Part shown: positions 25,766-38,916 of the stretch, one piece after another | Position numbering within the stretch: the stretch's first letter is position 1 | Layout: each line of letters begins with the position of its first letter | NCBI GenBank assembly: GCA_965235115.1 | Contig: OZ249447.1 | Span: 1,488,001-1,552,000 of the forward strand | Origin: Laetmonice hystrix | Lineage: Eukaryota | Direction of reading: 5' to 3' | Length of the DNA: 64,000 nucleotides | Made by a program: the position numbers and the translations under genes | Notes under the pieces: model-generated | Told to the model about the DNA's origin: nothing | Seen by the model: only the letters and a program-made list of their open reading frames with translations | The model's database searches: none

Positions 25766-28237
25766 GTTGTACGCAACCACTCCCAATCAACACTTCCTGG
25801 GGTTCATGATGTACGCAACCACTCCCAATCAACACTTCCTGGTGTTCATGATGTACGCAACCACTCCCAATCAAAACTTCCTGGTGTTCATGATGTAAGC
25901 AACCACTCCCAACCAACACTTCCTGGTGTCCATGATGTACGCAACCACTCCCAATCAACACTTCCTGGTGTTCATGATGTACGCAACCACTCCCAATCAA
26001 CACTTCCTGGTGTTCATGATGTACGCAACCACTCCCAATCAACACTTCCTGGTGTTCATGATGTACGCAACCACTCCCAATCAACACTTCCTGGTGTTCA
26101 TGATGTACGCAACCACTCCCAACCAACACTTCCTCGTGTCCATGATGTACGCAACCACTCCCAATCAACACTTCCTGGTGTTCATGATGTACGCAACCAC
26201 TCCCAATTAACACTTCCTGGTGTTCATGATGTACGCAACCACTCCCAATCAACACTTCCTGGTGTTCATGATGTACGCAACCACTCCCAATCAACACTTC
26301 CTGTTGTACGCAACCACTCCCAATCAACACTTCCTGGTGTTCATGATGTACGCAACCACTCCCAATCAACACTTCCTGGTGTTCATGATATACGCAACCA
26401 CTCCCAATCAACACTTCCTGGGGTTCATGATGTACGCAACCACTCCCAATCAACACTTCCTGGTGTTCATGATATACGCAACCACTCCCAATCAACACTT
26501 CCTGGTGTTCATGATATACGCAACCACTCCCAATCAACACTTCCTGGTGTTCATGATGTACGCAACCACTCCCAATCAACACTTCCTGGTGTTCATGATG
26601 TACGCAACCACTCCCAATCAAAACTTCCTGGTGTTCATGATGTACGCAACCACTCCCAATCAAAACTTCCTGGTGTTCATGATGTAAGCAACCACTCCCA
26701 ACCAACACTTCCTGGTGTCCATGATGTACGCAACCACTCCCAATCAACACTTCCTGGTGTTCATGATGTACGCAACCACTCCCAATCAACACTTCCTGGT
26801 GTTCATGATGTACGCAACCACTCCCAATCAACACTTCCTGGTGTTCATGATGTACGCAACCACTCCCAATCAACACTTCCTGGTGTTCATGATGTACGCA
26901 ACCACTCCCAACCAACACTTCCTCGTGTCCATGATGTACGCAACCACTCCCAATCAACACTTCCTGGTGTTCATGATGTACGCAACCACTCCCAATCAAC
27001 ACTTCCTGGTGTTCATGATGTACGCAACCACTCCCAATCAACACTTCCTGGTGTTCATGATGTACGCAACCACTCCCAATCAACACTTCCTGTTGTACGC
27101 AACCACTCCCAATCAACACTTCCTGGTGTTCATGATGTACGCAACCACTCCCAATCAACACTTCCTGGTGTTCATGATATACGCAACCACTCCCAATCAA
27201 CACTTCCTGTTGTACGCAACCACTCCCAATCAACACTTCCTGGTGTTCATGATATACGCAACCACTCCCAATCAACACTTCCTGTTGTACGCAACCACTC
27301 CCAATCAACATTTCCTGGTGTTCATGATATACGCAACCACTCCCAATCAACACTTCCTGTTGTACACAACCACTCCCAATAAACACTTCCTGGTGTTCAT
27401 GATGTACGCAACCACTCCCAATCAACACTTCCTGTTGTACGCAACCACTCCCAATAAACACTTCCTGGTGTTCATGATGTACGCAACCACTCCCAATCAA
27501 CACTTCCTGTTGTACGCAACCACTCCCAATCAACATTTCCTGGTGTTCATGATATACGCAACCACTCCCAATCAACACTTCCTGTTGTACGCAACCACTC
27601 CCAATCAACACTTCCTGGTGTTCATGATGTACGCAACCACTCCCAATCAACACTTCCTGGTGTTCATGATGTACGCAACCACTCCCAATCAACACTTCCT
27701 CGTGTTCATGATGTATGCAACCACTCCCAATCAACACTTCCTGGTGTTCATGATATACGCAACCACTCCCAATCAACACTTCCTGTTGTACGCAACCACT
27801 CCCAATCAACACTTCCTGTTGTACGCAACCACTCCCAATCAACATTTCCTGGTGTTCATGATATACGCAACCACTCCCAATCAACACTTCCTGTTGTACG
27901 CAACCACTCCTAATCAACACTTCCTGGTGTTCATGATGTACACAACCACTCCCAATCAACACTTCCTGTTGTACGCAACCACTCCCAATCAACATTTCCT
28001 GGTGTTCATGATATACGCAACCACTCCCAATCAACACTTCCTGTTGTACGCAACCACTCCCAATCAACACTTCCTGGTGTTCATGATGTACGCAACCACT
28101 CCCAATCAACACTTCCTGGTGTTCATGATGTACGCAACCACTCCCAATCAACATTTCCTCGTGTTCACGATGTACGCAATCACTCCCAATCAACACTTCC
28201 TGGTGTTCATGATGTACGCAACCATTCCCAATCAACA
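25766..28237. repeat. 42/33-bp minisatellite, ~62 copies
   Basis: GTACGCAACCACTCCCAATCAACACTTCCTGGTGTTCATGAT and a 33-bp short form; rare variants recur 789 bp apart. Confidence 0.97.
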
Positions 28238-29129
28238 TGTAAACCGGAGTAATCTTTACAACAGAATACGACTACTATCAATAATTGTTAGGACGAAGTC
28301 TGACATTGCCATCTCAACCGGTTTCCTACCGTTTAGTAGCTCTGACTTTTATAATCTCAGGTCAAACTCGCGCGTTTTTACGACTTGACAATCATGAAAA
28401 CTGTAAGGTATCACCACACTAAGTGGATAATTGAACGTCACGGCAAGCGCCCAAATCTAAACTCCTTCCAAACTGAACCATTTTAAGTTTCCTGTCTACA
28501 GGATACATGTAATTACAATCAGATTCCTTTTGACGATGATTGGATGCCGTGACCGTGGGGGTGGTCGTGTGTGTGCGGTTACCCCACCCCTGTACCAGTG
28601 TACTCAGTGACTGTCTGCCGTATCTAATGACTCTTCTCGTAACTCGCCACGCGTCGCTGTGCCACAGATATTTGCCACAAACCTTGGCCCTAGTGACACC
28701 AGGCGGCACGGTGTTGTAGAGAGCAAAGTGGCGTGTAAAAAATATAAACCAGACATACTGCTAGGTCAATTGGAACCAGTCCAAAAGATGCTTCTGTATG
28801 TAGCTAGTTATTGCGGCTGTATGGAATATAGGTCTATGGATATGTTGGTATGTACTGTCGGACCGCTAGGGTGGATAGACCTGTGGACATGCCATGCATG
28901 AGTAACAATAACGATTTATTCACATTATGGGAATGTTTTTAACAATTATGTCAGATTTGTTGGCTGGTGGATGTGATCTGTATCCAGAGATACGCGGGGA
29001 CAGACAGTCGGTGTGTGGGGTTGGGGTACGGGGGAGGGTGGGGTAGGGGCTGGAAGCAACCATCCCAGGTATTTATGGGGTCGGGTGTCTGCACGGCTTC
29101 CGCTCCCCCTGGGTCTACCTCTGACTTAC

Positions 29130-29220
29130 CCCGTCACCCCCCACCCCGTCCTCACCCCGGCCGGGTGCAGTCTCAGTTACAAGGAAGGACATGGTGAGGT
29201 GAAGAAATTGGTGACATTCA
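29130..29220 (-). CDS. Candidate 91-nt coding exon (ECHQFLHLTMSFLVTETAPGRGEDGVGGDG), gene unknown
   Basis: Acceptor TATCTTCTCTCAG, donor GG|GTAAGT, one open frame; no homology recognised. Confidence 0.2.
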
Positions 29221-29249
29221 CTGAGAGAAGATACCACCGCCTCACGAGG

Positions 29250-29567
29250 GCTGACTGACCTCACTGACCTCACGAGGGCTGACTGACCTCACTGACCTCA
29301 CGAGGGCTGACTGACCTCACTGACCTCACGAGGGCTGACTGACCTCACGAGGGCTGACTGACCTCACGAGGGCTGACTGACCTGACTGACCTCACGAGGG
29401 CTGACTGACCTCACGAGGGCTGACTGACCTCACGAGGGCTGACTGACCTCACGAGGGCTGACTGACCTCACGAGGGCTGACTGACCTGACTGACCTCACG
29501 AGGGCTGACTGACCTCACGAGGGCTGACTGACCTCACGAGGGCTGACTGACCTCACGAGGGCTGACT
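29250..29567. repeat. 19-bp minisatellite with 9-bp insert variants
   Basis: CTGACTGACCTCACGAGGG. Confidence 0.95.
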
Positions 29568-30627
29568 GTCACTGGATCAGAATGTTGGTGCGATATTCAC
29601 ATCAATATTTATCACAGTGTGGGCGCCCTTCCTGCATTGTTATACTTCCTGATGGTTAAAGAACAGAACAAAAACGTCCAGAAATATGCCAGCCACATGT
29701 AGTCGGGCACCATCAGCGTTATTTGTGCATGCCAGCCCAGTTCTCCCACTCCCTGCCTTGTTTCACTGAGTTCTCGTAATGCAAGCCCAGTCCTCCCACT
29801 CCCTGCCTTGTTTCACGGAGTTCTCGTAATGAGTCAGCCACTTATCCAGATCTCACAATCTTCAAATGTCACGTGTTTCAAATCAAATAACGCTAATGTT
29901 GCGAAACCTCTTTCATTTGGCACCAGCATGTTAGCATCTTCAGTAACAGATAGCCCTAATTCAGCACCTACACGGGATAGCATATTAGTTGTTTGAGGAG
30001 GAATATAAAATGTTCTAATACAAACAAAGTCTATCATAGCCTGCTACAAATGGAAGGGGCTGTAAATCCCTGAGTTAGATCGTATCTTGTCAACTGTAAG
30101 CGTATGTATCTTTGGTGGAGAAAGGTTAAAATCATCTATTAAGTTGCCCTCCCCCCTCCAACCACAACCCCCGCCCCCACCCCAACCACTGGGTCTGCCA
30201 GTAGTATAACATGAAGGCCTATGGTGCAGGCCACCGACAATCACTTGTTCTGACTAAGATACTTAATCCGCTGATGTTTATGTAGATCTGAACGACCACA
30301 CAGGGAGAACTCAAGCCAATGCCCCGCCCCACCACCACCACCACCACCACCCACCCCCCCACCCGACAGCGATTAGGTCTTGAAACTGTTAACGTCCTCT
30401 TGAACTCGGTACCTGTCACAATGTCCACTGTGAATGTTTCTGGATAATGTTCAACCCCAGAATACTACACACATACATGGCGGACTGTAGTGTAACTCTG
30501 GCCTTGACCTTAACGGTGGAGTCGGGCGGTGACATCTTGGGACCTGGGATCGATTCCAGTAGGATGTCAGACAAGTTTCTCTTCCGGGACTGTAGATCGA
30601 GTCCTTCGATCGTATCCTTCATAAAAG

Positions 30628-30905
30628 TACGACTTGTATTCCCTTGCGGAATGTCCTAAATCTTTGTAAACTTTAACTATCAAACGACTTGTATTCCCTT
30701 GCGGAATGTCCTAAATCTTCGTAAACTTTAACTTGCGGAATGTCCTAAATCTTTGTCAACTAACTATCTAACGACTTGACATGTATTCCCTTGCGGAATG
30801 TCCTAAATCTTTGTAAACTTTAACTTGCGGAATGTCCTAAATCTTTGTCAACTAACTATCTAACGACTTGTATTCGGTTGCGGAATGTCCTAAAACTTTA
30901 ACTAA
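30628..30905. repeat. Degenerate array of the 55-bp family also present at 45541-45920
   Basis: ACGACTTGTATTCCCTTGCGGAATGTCCTAAATCTTTGT.AACT. Confidence 0.92.
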
Positions 30906-31050
30906 CTATCCCTAACACTGTCCCTAACGCTATCCCTGCCCCGAACCTCTAGTTTCGAGGTAATGTTGCCACGGCGAGGATACCGACGGACCTCTCGGAA
31001 CAATCGGCCCTCCACAGGTGATTAAGGAATATGCGGAATTCATTAATTAG

Positions 31051-31155
31051 GAACCGCACAGCGAGATTACTGCCACAAAGACTGACTCCACCATGAACAA
31101 AACGTCGAGTAGGTCCTTGACCGGCCTTGACGTCCAACTCATGAGGACCACTCAG
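31051..31155 (+). CDS. Candidate 105-nt exon (EPHSEITATKTDSTMNKTSSRSLTGLDVQLMRTTQ) whose 3' end is the first unit of the 43-bp array
   Basis: TTCATTAATTAG acceptor, open phase-0 frame; donor is weak CAG|GTCCTT here, and the consensus CAG|GTAAGA occurs only at the array end (33263). Confidence 0.2.
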
Positions 31156-33262
31156 GTCCTTGACCGGCCTTGACGTGCAACTCATGAGGACCACTCAGAT
31201 CCGTGACTGGCCTTGACGTCCAACTCATGAGGACCACTCAGGTCCTTGACCGGCCTTGACGTGCAACTCATGAGGACCACTCAGATCCGTGACTGGCCTT
31301 GACGTCCAACTCATGAGGACCACTCAGGTCCTTGACCGGCCTTGACGTCCAACTCATGAGGACCACTCAGGTCCTTGACCGGCCTTGACGTCCAACTCAT
31401 GAGGACCACTCAGGTCCTTGATCGGCCTTGACGTCCAACTCATGAGGACCACTCAGGTCCTTGATCGGCCTTGACGTCCAACTCATGAGGACCACTCAGG
31501 TCCTTGACTGGCCTTGACGTCCAACTCAGGAGGACCACTCAGGTCCTTGACTGGCCTTGACGTCCAACTCATGAGGACCACTCAGGTCCTTGACCGGCCT
31601 TTACGTGCAACTCATGAGGACCACCCAGGTCCTTGACTGGCCTTGACGTCCAACTCATGAGGACCACTCAGGTCCTTGACCGGCCTTGACGTGCAACTCA
31701 TGAGGACCACTCAGGTCCTTGACTGGCCTTTACGTCCAACTCATGAGGACCACTCAGGTCCTTGACCGGCCTTGACGTCCAACTCATGAGGACCACTCAG
31801 GTCCTTGACCGGCCTTGACGTCCAACTCATGAGGACCACTCAGGTCCTTGACCGGCCTTGACGTCCAACTCATGAGGACCACTCAGGTCCTTGACCGGCC
31901 TGTACGTCCAACTCATGAGGACCACTCAGATCCTTGACTGGCCTTGACGTCCAACTCATGAGGACCACTCAGGTCCTTGACTGGCCTTTACGTCCAACTC
32001 ATGAGGACCACTCAGGTCCTTGACCGGCCTGTACGTCCAACTCATGAGGACCACTCAGGTCCTTGATCGGCCTTGACGTCCAACTCATGAGGACCACTCA
32101 GGTCCTTGACCGGCCTGTACGTCCAACTCATGAGGACCACTCAGGTCCTTGACCGGCCTTGACGTGCAACTCATGAGGACCACTCAGGTCCTTGACCGGC
32201 CTTGACGTCCAACTCATGAGGACCACTCAGGTCCTTGATCGGCCTTGACGTCCAACTCATGAGGACCACTCAGGTCCTTGACCGGCCTTGACGTCCAACT
32301 CATGAGGACCACTCAGGTCCTTGACCGGCCTTGACGTGCAACTCATGAGGACCACTCAGGTCCTTGACCGGCCTTGACGTCCAACTCATGAGGACCACTC
32401 AGGTCCTTGACCGGCCTTGACGTGCAACTCATGAGGACCACTCAGGTCCTTGACCGGCCTTGACGTGCAACTCATGAGGACCACTCAGGTCCTTGACTGG
32501 CCTTGACGTCCAACTCATGAGGACCACTCAGGTCCTTGACTGGCCTTGACGTGCAACTCATGAGGACCACTCAGGTCCTTGACTGGCCTTGACGTCCAAC
32601 TCATGAGGACCACCCAGGTCCTTGACCGGCCTTGACGTCCAACTCATGAGGACCACTCAGGTCCTTGACTGGCCTTGACGTCCAACTCATGAGGACCACT
32701 CAGGTCCTTGACTGGCCTTGACGTGCAACTCATGAGGACCACTCAGGTCCTTGACTGGCCTTGACGTCCAACTCATGAGGACCACCCAGGTCCTTGACCG
32801 GCCTTGACGTCCAACTCATGAGGACCACTCAGGTCCTTGACTGGCCTTGACGTCCAACTCATGAGGACCACTCAGATCCTTGACTGGCCTTGACGTCCAA
32901 CTCATGAGGACCACTCAGGTCCTTCACCGGCCTTGACGTCCAACTCATGAGGACCACTCAGATCCGTGACTGGCCTTGACGTCCAACTCATGAGGACCAC
33001 TCAGGTCCTTGACTGGCCTTGACGTCCAACTCATGAGGACCACTCAGGTCCTTGACCGGCCTTGACGTCCAACTCATGAGGACCACTCAGGTCCTTGACT
33101 GGCCTTGACGTCCAACTCATGAGGACCACTCAGGTCCTTGACTGGCCTTGACGTCCAACTCATGAGGACCACTCAGATCCGTGACTGGCCTTGACGTCCA
33201 ACTCATGAGGACCACTCAGGTCCTTGACCGGCCTTGACGTCCAACTCATGAGGACCACTCAG
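31112..33262. repeat. 43-bp minisatellite, ~50 copies
   Basis: GTCCTTGACCGGCCTTGACGTCCAACTCATGAGGACCACTCAG. Confidence 0.98.
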
Positions 33263-33772
33263 GTAAGACGGAAGGTATGGACTACTATTATAGTGGCCTC
33301 ATATAAAACAGTACACCTGTGTTTACGTCATGTTCGTCGTCGTCTTCCATCGTCTTACTTACAAACACAATGTCGGGCTATAACAGGTCTACTTTACCTT
33401 ACTGAGCTAGTAGAACAAAACTTATCGAGACGCCAGTACACATACGTCAACCTAAGAGATATACAAGCCGGCTGTATGGGTGGTATTCGCGGAATGCCAC
33501 ATGAAAAGCAATACTTGATCTTTTTGTTTTCTTAGCAATCGTTTCTCAGCATCTCGGGGGGGTGGGGGGGTGGTGGTCCAGGAACGGTCGCGGGGGGGGG
33601 GGGGGTCCAGGAGCGGTCGGGGGGGGGGGGGGGGTCCAGCAGCAGTCCAGGGGTGGGGGGTGTCTAATATAGGAGCGGTCTATCAGTCCATCAGTCACAG
33701 CACAATGAGCGCCCTCTATACGTGACGGAATTCGTCCTCTGTCACCCCTTGCGGTAGTACGTACTAACTAAT

Positions 33773-36158
33773 CTGTCAGTCTTTACCTTGGGTCATGTTT
33801 TACTTTCTGCAGGTCGATCTGTCAGTCTTTACCTTGGGTCATGTTTTATTTTCTGCAGGTCGATCTGTCAGTCTTTACCTTGGGTCATGTTTTATTTTCT
33901 GCAGGTCGATCTGTCAGTCTTTACCTTGGGTCATGTTTTACTTTCTGCAGGTCGATCTGTCAGTCTTTACCTTGGGTCATGTTTTACTTTCTGCAGGTCG
34001 ATCTGTCAGTCTTTACCTTGGGTCATGTTTTACTTTCTGCAGGTCGATCTGTCAGTCTTTACCTTAGGTCATGTTTTACTTTCTGCAGGTCGATCTGTCA
34101 GTCTTTACCTTGGGTCATGTTTTATTTTCTGCAGGTCGATCTGTCAGTCTTTACCTTGGGTCATGTTTTACTTTCTGCAGGTCGATCTGTCAGTCTCTAC
34201 CTTGGGTCATGTTGTATATTCTGCAGGTCGATCTGTCAGTCTTTACCTTGGGTCATGTTTTATTTTCTGCAGGACGATCTGTCAGTCTTTACCTTGGGTC
34301 ATGTTTTACTTTCTGCAGGTCGATCTGTCAGTCTCTACCTTGGGTCATGTTTTATTTTCTGCCGGTCGATCTGTCAGTCTTTACCTTGGGTCATGTTTTA
34401 TTTTCTGCAGGTCGACCTGTCAGTCTTTACCTTGGGTCATGTTTTATTTTCTGCAGGTCGATCTGTCAGTCTTTACCTTGGGTCATGTTTTATTTTCTGC
34501 CGGTCGATCTGTCAGTCTTTACCTTGGGTCATGTTGTATATTCTGCAGGTCGATCTGTCAGTCTTTACCTTGGGTCATGTTTTATTTTCTGCAGGTCGAT
34601 CTGTCAGTCTTTACCTTGGGTCATGTTTTATTTTCTGCAGGTCGATCTGTCAGTCTTTACCTTGGGTCATGTTTTATTTTCTGCAGGTCGATCTGTCAGT
34701 CTTTACCTTGGGTCATGTTTTATTTTCTGCAGGTCGATCTGTCAGTCTTTACCTTGGGTCATGTTTTATTTTCTGCAGGTCGATCTGTCAGTCTTTACCT
34801 TGGGTCATGTTTTATTTTCTGCAGGTCGATCTGTCAGTCTTTACCTTGGGTCATGTTTTATTTTCTGCAGGTCGATCTGTCAGTCTTTACCTTGGGTCAT
34901 GTTTTATTTTCTGCAGGTCGATCTGTCAGTCTTTACCTTGGGTCATGTTTTACTTTCTGCAGGTCGATCTGTCAGTCTTTACCTTGGGTCATGTTTTACT
35001 TTCTGCAGGTCGATCTGTCAGTCTTTACCTTGGGTCATGTTTTACTTTCTGCAGGTCGATCTGTCAGTCTTTACCTTAGGTCATGTTTTACTTTCTGCAG
35101 GTCGATCTGTCAGTCTTTACCTTGGGTCATGTTTTATTTTCTGCAGGTCGATCTGTCAGTCTTTACCTTGGGTCATGTTTTACTTTCTGCAGGTCGATCT
35201 GTCAGTCTCTACCTTGGGTCATGTTGTATATTCTGCAGGTCGATCTGTCAGTCTTTACCTTGGGTCATGTTTTATTTTCTGCAGGACGATCTGTCAGTCT
35301 TTACCTTGGGTCATGTTTTACTTTCTGCAGGTCGATCTGTCAGTCTCTACCTTGGGTCATGTTTTATTTTCTGCCGGTCGATCTGTCAGTCTTTACCTTG
35401 GGTCATGTTTTATTTTCTGCAGGTCGACCTGTCAGTCTTTACCTTGGGTCATGTTTTATTTTCTGCAGGTCGATCTGTCAGTCTTTACCTTGGGTCATGT
35501 TTTATTTTCTGCCGGTCGATCTGTCAGTCTTTACCTTGGGTCATGTTGTATATTCTGCAGGTCGATCTGTCAGTCTTTACCTTGGGTCATGTTTTATTTT
35601 CTGCAGGTCGATCTGTCAGTCTTTACCTTGGGTCATGTTTTATTTTCTGCAGGTCGATCTGTCAGTCTTTACCTTGGGTCATGTTTTATTTTCTGCAGGT
35701 CGATCTGTCAGTCTTTACCTTGGGTCATGTTTTATTTTCTGCAGGTCGATCTGTCAGTCTTTACCTTGGGTCATGTTTTATTTTCTGCAGGTCGATCTGT
35801 CAGTCTTTACCTTGGGTCATGTTTTATTTTCTGCAGGACGATCTGTCAGTCTTTACCTTGGGTCATGTTGTATTTTCTGCAGGTCGATCTGTCAGTCTTT
35901 ACCTTGAGTCATGTTTTATTTTCTGCAGGTCGATCTGTCAGTCTTTACCTTGGGTCATGTTTTATTTTCTGCAGGTCGATCTGTCAGTCTTTACCTTGGG
36001 TCATGTTTTATTTTCTGCAGGTCGATCTGTCAGTCTTTACCTTGGGTCATGTTTTATTTTCTGCAGGTCGATCTGTCAGTCTTTACCTTGGGTCATGTTT
36101 TATTTTCTGCAGGTCGATCTGTCAGTCTTTACCTTGGGTCATGTTTTATTTTCTGCAG
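33773..36158. repeat. 46-bp minisatellite, ~52 copies
   Basis: GTCGATCTGTCAGTCTTTACCTTGGGTCATGTTTTATTTTCTGCAG; the variant pattern repeats at 1012 bp (22 units). Confidence 0.98.
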
Positions 36159-36263
36159 GTGGATAAGAACCAGATAGTTAGTAGGAGACCACAGTCTGAA
36201 GGATTTCTAACGAATCTAGAAAGTTCTTCGTCTGATCAAGACACGGGGTGCGTGCGGTCCAAG
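36159..36263 (+). CDS. Candidate 105-nt exon (VDKNQIVSRRPQSEGFLTNLESSSSDQDTGCVRSK), gene unknown
   Basis: Follows the last TTTTATTTTCTGCAG of the array; only the phase-0 frame is open; donor AAG|GTTGGT. Confidence 0.3.
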
Positions 36264-36410
36264 GTTGGTGGGAGGGGCATTCCGCACGCTCACGATCGCG
36301 CTCATTTGCGGGAATCCTTTCTCAAGACGGCCGAAGAATGCCGAAGATTGCCGAAGACTGCCGAAAGGACTCAAATGTGAGAACGGGGCATTGCGTTCTA
36401 ACTCAGAGCT

Positions 36411-36552
36411 TTGCGATTCGGGCCCCAAGATCGTGCCCCGGCTGTTTTCGCTACTGAATGCGATTCGGGCCCCAAGATCGTGCTCCGGCTGTTTCCGCTA
36501 CTGAATGCGATTCGGGCCCCAAGATCGTGCCCCCGCTGTTTCCGCTACTGAA
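36411..36552. repeat. ~47-bp tandem repeat, 3 copies
   Basis: TGCGATTCGGGCCCCAAGATCGTGCCCCGGCTGTTTTCGCTACTGAA. Confidence 0.92.
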
Positions 36553-36967
36553 TTGTGATATTAAAGTGAATATTACATGTTTGGAAGTATAGATCTAAGT
36601 TATATAGGACTGAAATATTTCCTGCACGCGAAAGGGGGTCAAAATCGCGCATGTTTTGTAACTCTTTAATCTGTCAGGGCCGTAGTTTCGCCCAAATACG
36701 CAGGGGGGGGGGGGGGAGAGTGCTTAATGAGCACGTACCAGGTGTCAATTCCAGTGTCAATGTTGGGGATCTATAGGCCCAATAATAATTTTTTAAACTG
36801 GAAATTCCAGGGGGCAGCCCCCCCCCCCCTTGTTACCACTGTTTCAGAGAGAGTGGGGAGTTGTTGAACCCTGGTCAGGTCAGCTCGACTGTGGGTGCGT
36901 ACATGTTGAAGCGTGTTGTTGTGGGTCAATCCGAACATGTGTTTATATTTACGGGCAGTAGAACATG

Positions 36968-37399
36968 TTACGGCCTATATCGACACATTGACCGGAGCCT
37001 ACATGTATAGTTTGGGATTTACAATGTTTCAGATCAGAGTTACGGCCTATATCGACACATTGACCCGAGCCTACATGTATAGTTTGGGATTTACAATGTT
37101 TCAGATCAGAGTTACGGCCTATATCGACACACTGACCGGAGCCTACATGTATAGTTTGGGATTTACAATGTTTCAGATCAGAGTTACGGCCTATATCGAC
37201 ACACTGACCCGAGCCTACATGTATAGTTTGGGATTTACAATGTTTCAGATCAGAGTTACGGCCTATATCGACACATTGACCCGAGCCTACATGTATAGTT
37301 TGGGATTTACAATGTTTTAGATCAGAGTTACGGCCTATATCGACACATTGACCCGAGCCTACATGTATAGTTTGGGATTTACAATGTTTCAGATCAGAG
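36968..37399. repeat. 72-bp minisatellite, 6 copies
   Basis: GTTACGGCCTATATCGACACATTGACCCGAGCCTACATGTATAGTTTGGGATTTACAATGTTTCAGATCAGA. Confidence 0.96.
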
Positions 37400-37726
37400 T
37401 AACCTATTTAACCACACTAAAGCATGATTCACCGGTTCACACTGAGACTTTAAAACCTGCGCTCATCGAAAAAACTCTGGCCTTGAGTAAACTACAAAGG
37501 TCTCGATATAAGGGGAATGGCGCAGCCTGCATTCTGTTGCGCAACTGTTGCATGGTAGCGGCCCAAGGGCAATCGAACGCTGACTGTAAACGTTGACGTT
37601 TTGATGAGGTCGTTTTACCAAGGGCAACCAGTTCGTTCCGTCCCGTCGGCCCCCGCGGCCGCTCGATCTTCCCGTGTTTGGTCTCCCTGGGTTACCTTCC
37701 TGGAAACGTTAAGTACAGAAAGGTGA

Positions 37727-37870
37727 AACTCTCACTGGTGTGTTGTCTCACGCTAAACTCTCACTGGTGTGTTGTCTCACGCTAAACTCTCACTGGTGTG
37801 TTGTCTCACGCTAAACTCTCACTGGTGTGTTGTCTCACGCTAAACTCTCACTGGTGTGTTGTCTCACGCT
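37727..37870. repeat. 29-bp tandem repeat, 5 copies
   Basis: ACTCTCACTGGTGTGTTGTCTCACGCTAA. Confidence 0.95.
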
Positions 37871-38115
37871 CACTGCGCCACGCCAGCGCTGACTCCCGCT
37901 CGGAGAGTGGCTCTCAAAGTGTAGCGCCACTCCTGTAGCGTGCAAACCAAACAAATCAGGTTTCTTTCTAGCATACAGTCTTCCCCAATGTGACGGATGA
38001 CGTTACAGCCTCCACTCATGCAGGCCGCGTTCGCTGAATTTAAGACATAAGAAAAGTTGGCCCTTGCCACTCGTTCTCGGTACTTGATTAAATTAAAAAA
38101 CATGTACCGTTTTAA

Positions 38116-38643
38116 AGGGGCATGCTATGAAACACATTTTTGAGGATTTCCGGCAATTATCCAACATGACCGTGTACTAGGGATCCAAGTAAATAATCCT
38201 ACCACAGCATTGTGTCCTCCGACGTGTTTTCGCTGCGTATGCAGCATAAGTAGGTTCTATACGACCAAACCTATAGATTTCTCACGATAGCACATCTCCC
38301 ACCATAATTTGGCGGACAACCTCCCATCAACCCGTGTAATTGCATACTGTGTCACATCCTGTATGTGCACTCTCTGCATGTGCTTAGTCACGTGCTTTGC
38401 TTAGTTGTAAACAATTCAGCAGTGGCACTCGATCACCCGGCATCAGAATGCCACCCAAAAAATATTTTACGAAATCGGCAGAGAAGCGGGCAAGGGAGCG
38501 TACTAAACTTCGATTTCTCACGCAAAATGAAACTTATAAGTCTGTCTTTGTTTACCAAGCAATTTTAATGAAGGATCTCTTTATGAAAACAGCAAAAGTT
38601 CTATGAAATACCGATTTTTAACGTTTCCTTATAATATGCCCCT
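38116..38643. mobile_element. Non-autonomous DNA element, Kolobok-like
   Basis: Termini AGGGGCAT..ATGCCCCT form a perfect 8-bp inverted repeat, flanked by TTAA at 38112-38115 and 38644-38647; no ORF. Confidence 0.6.
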
Positions 38644-38916
38644 TTAACCGTCAAGACTGTGGAGGACCAAGGTAATGTTTGTTAGCCGGTGTATGTAAAC
38701 ATAGTGGATATGTAGGTCCACAACTGTCACCATAAAAAAAAACCGTCCACCACTGACCACTGACCATGTGACCTCAGGAACGTCATGATGACGTCACGAT
38801 GTCCCATATGTTCACCTTCCAGGGACGCAGGGGTCACTCCGTCCACTCCCCAAGAGTTCCTGATCGGATATTATTGGACATCTGTTAACAGATACTTGTG
38901 GGAGTTCCTTTCAATT

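Noticed and set aside
1126-36380. Long ORFs (200-800 aa) in the track, such as CTGRVCS, PCPKT, GRWSGG and MFYFLQVD repeats
   Set aside because: They are translations of tandem units, open in several frames and on both strands, with no unique domains
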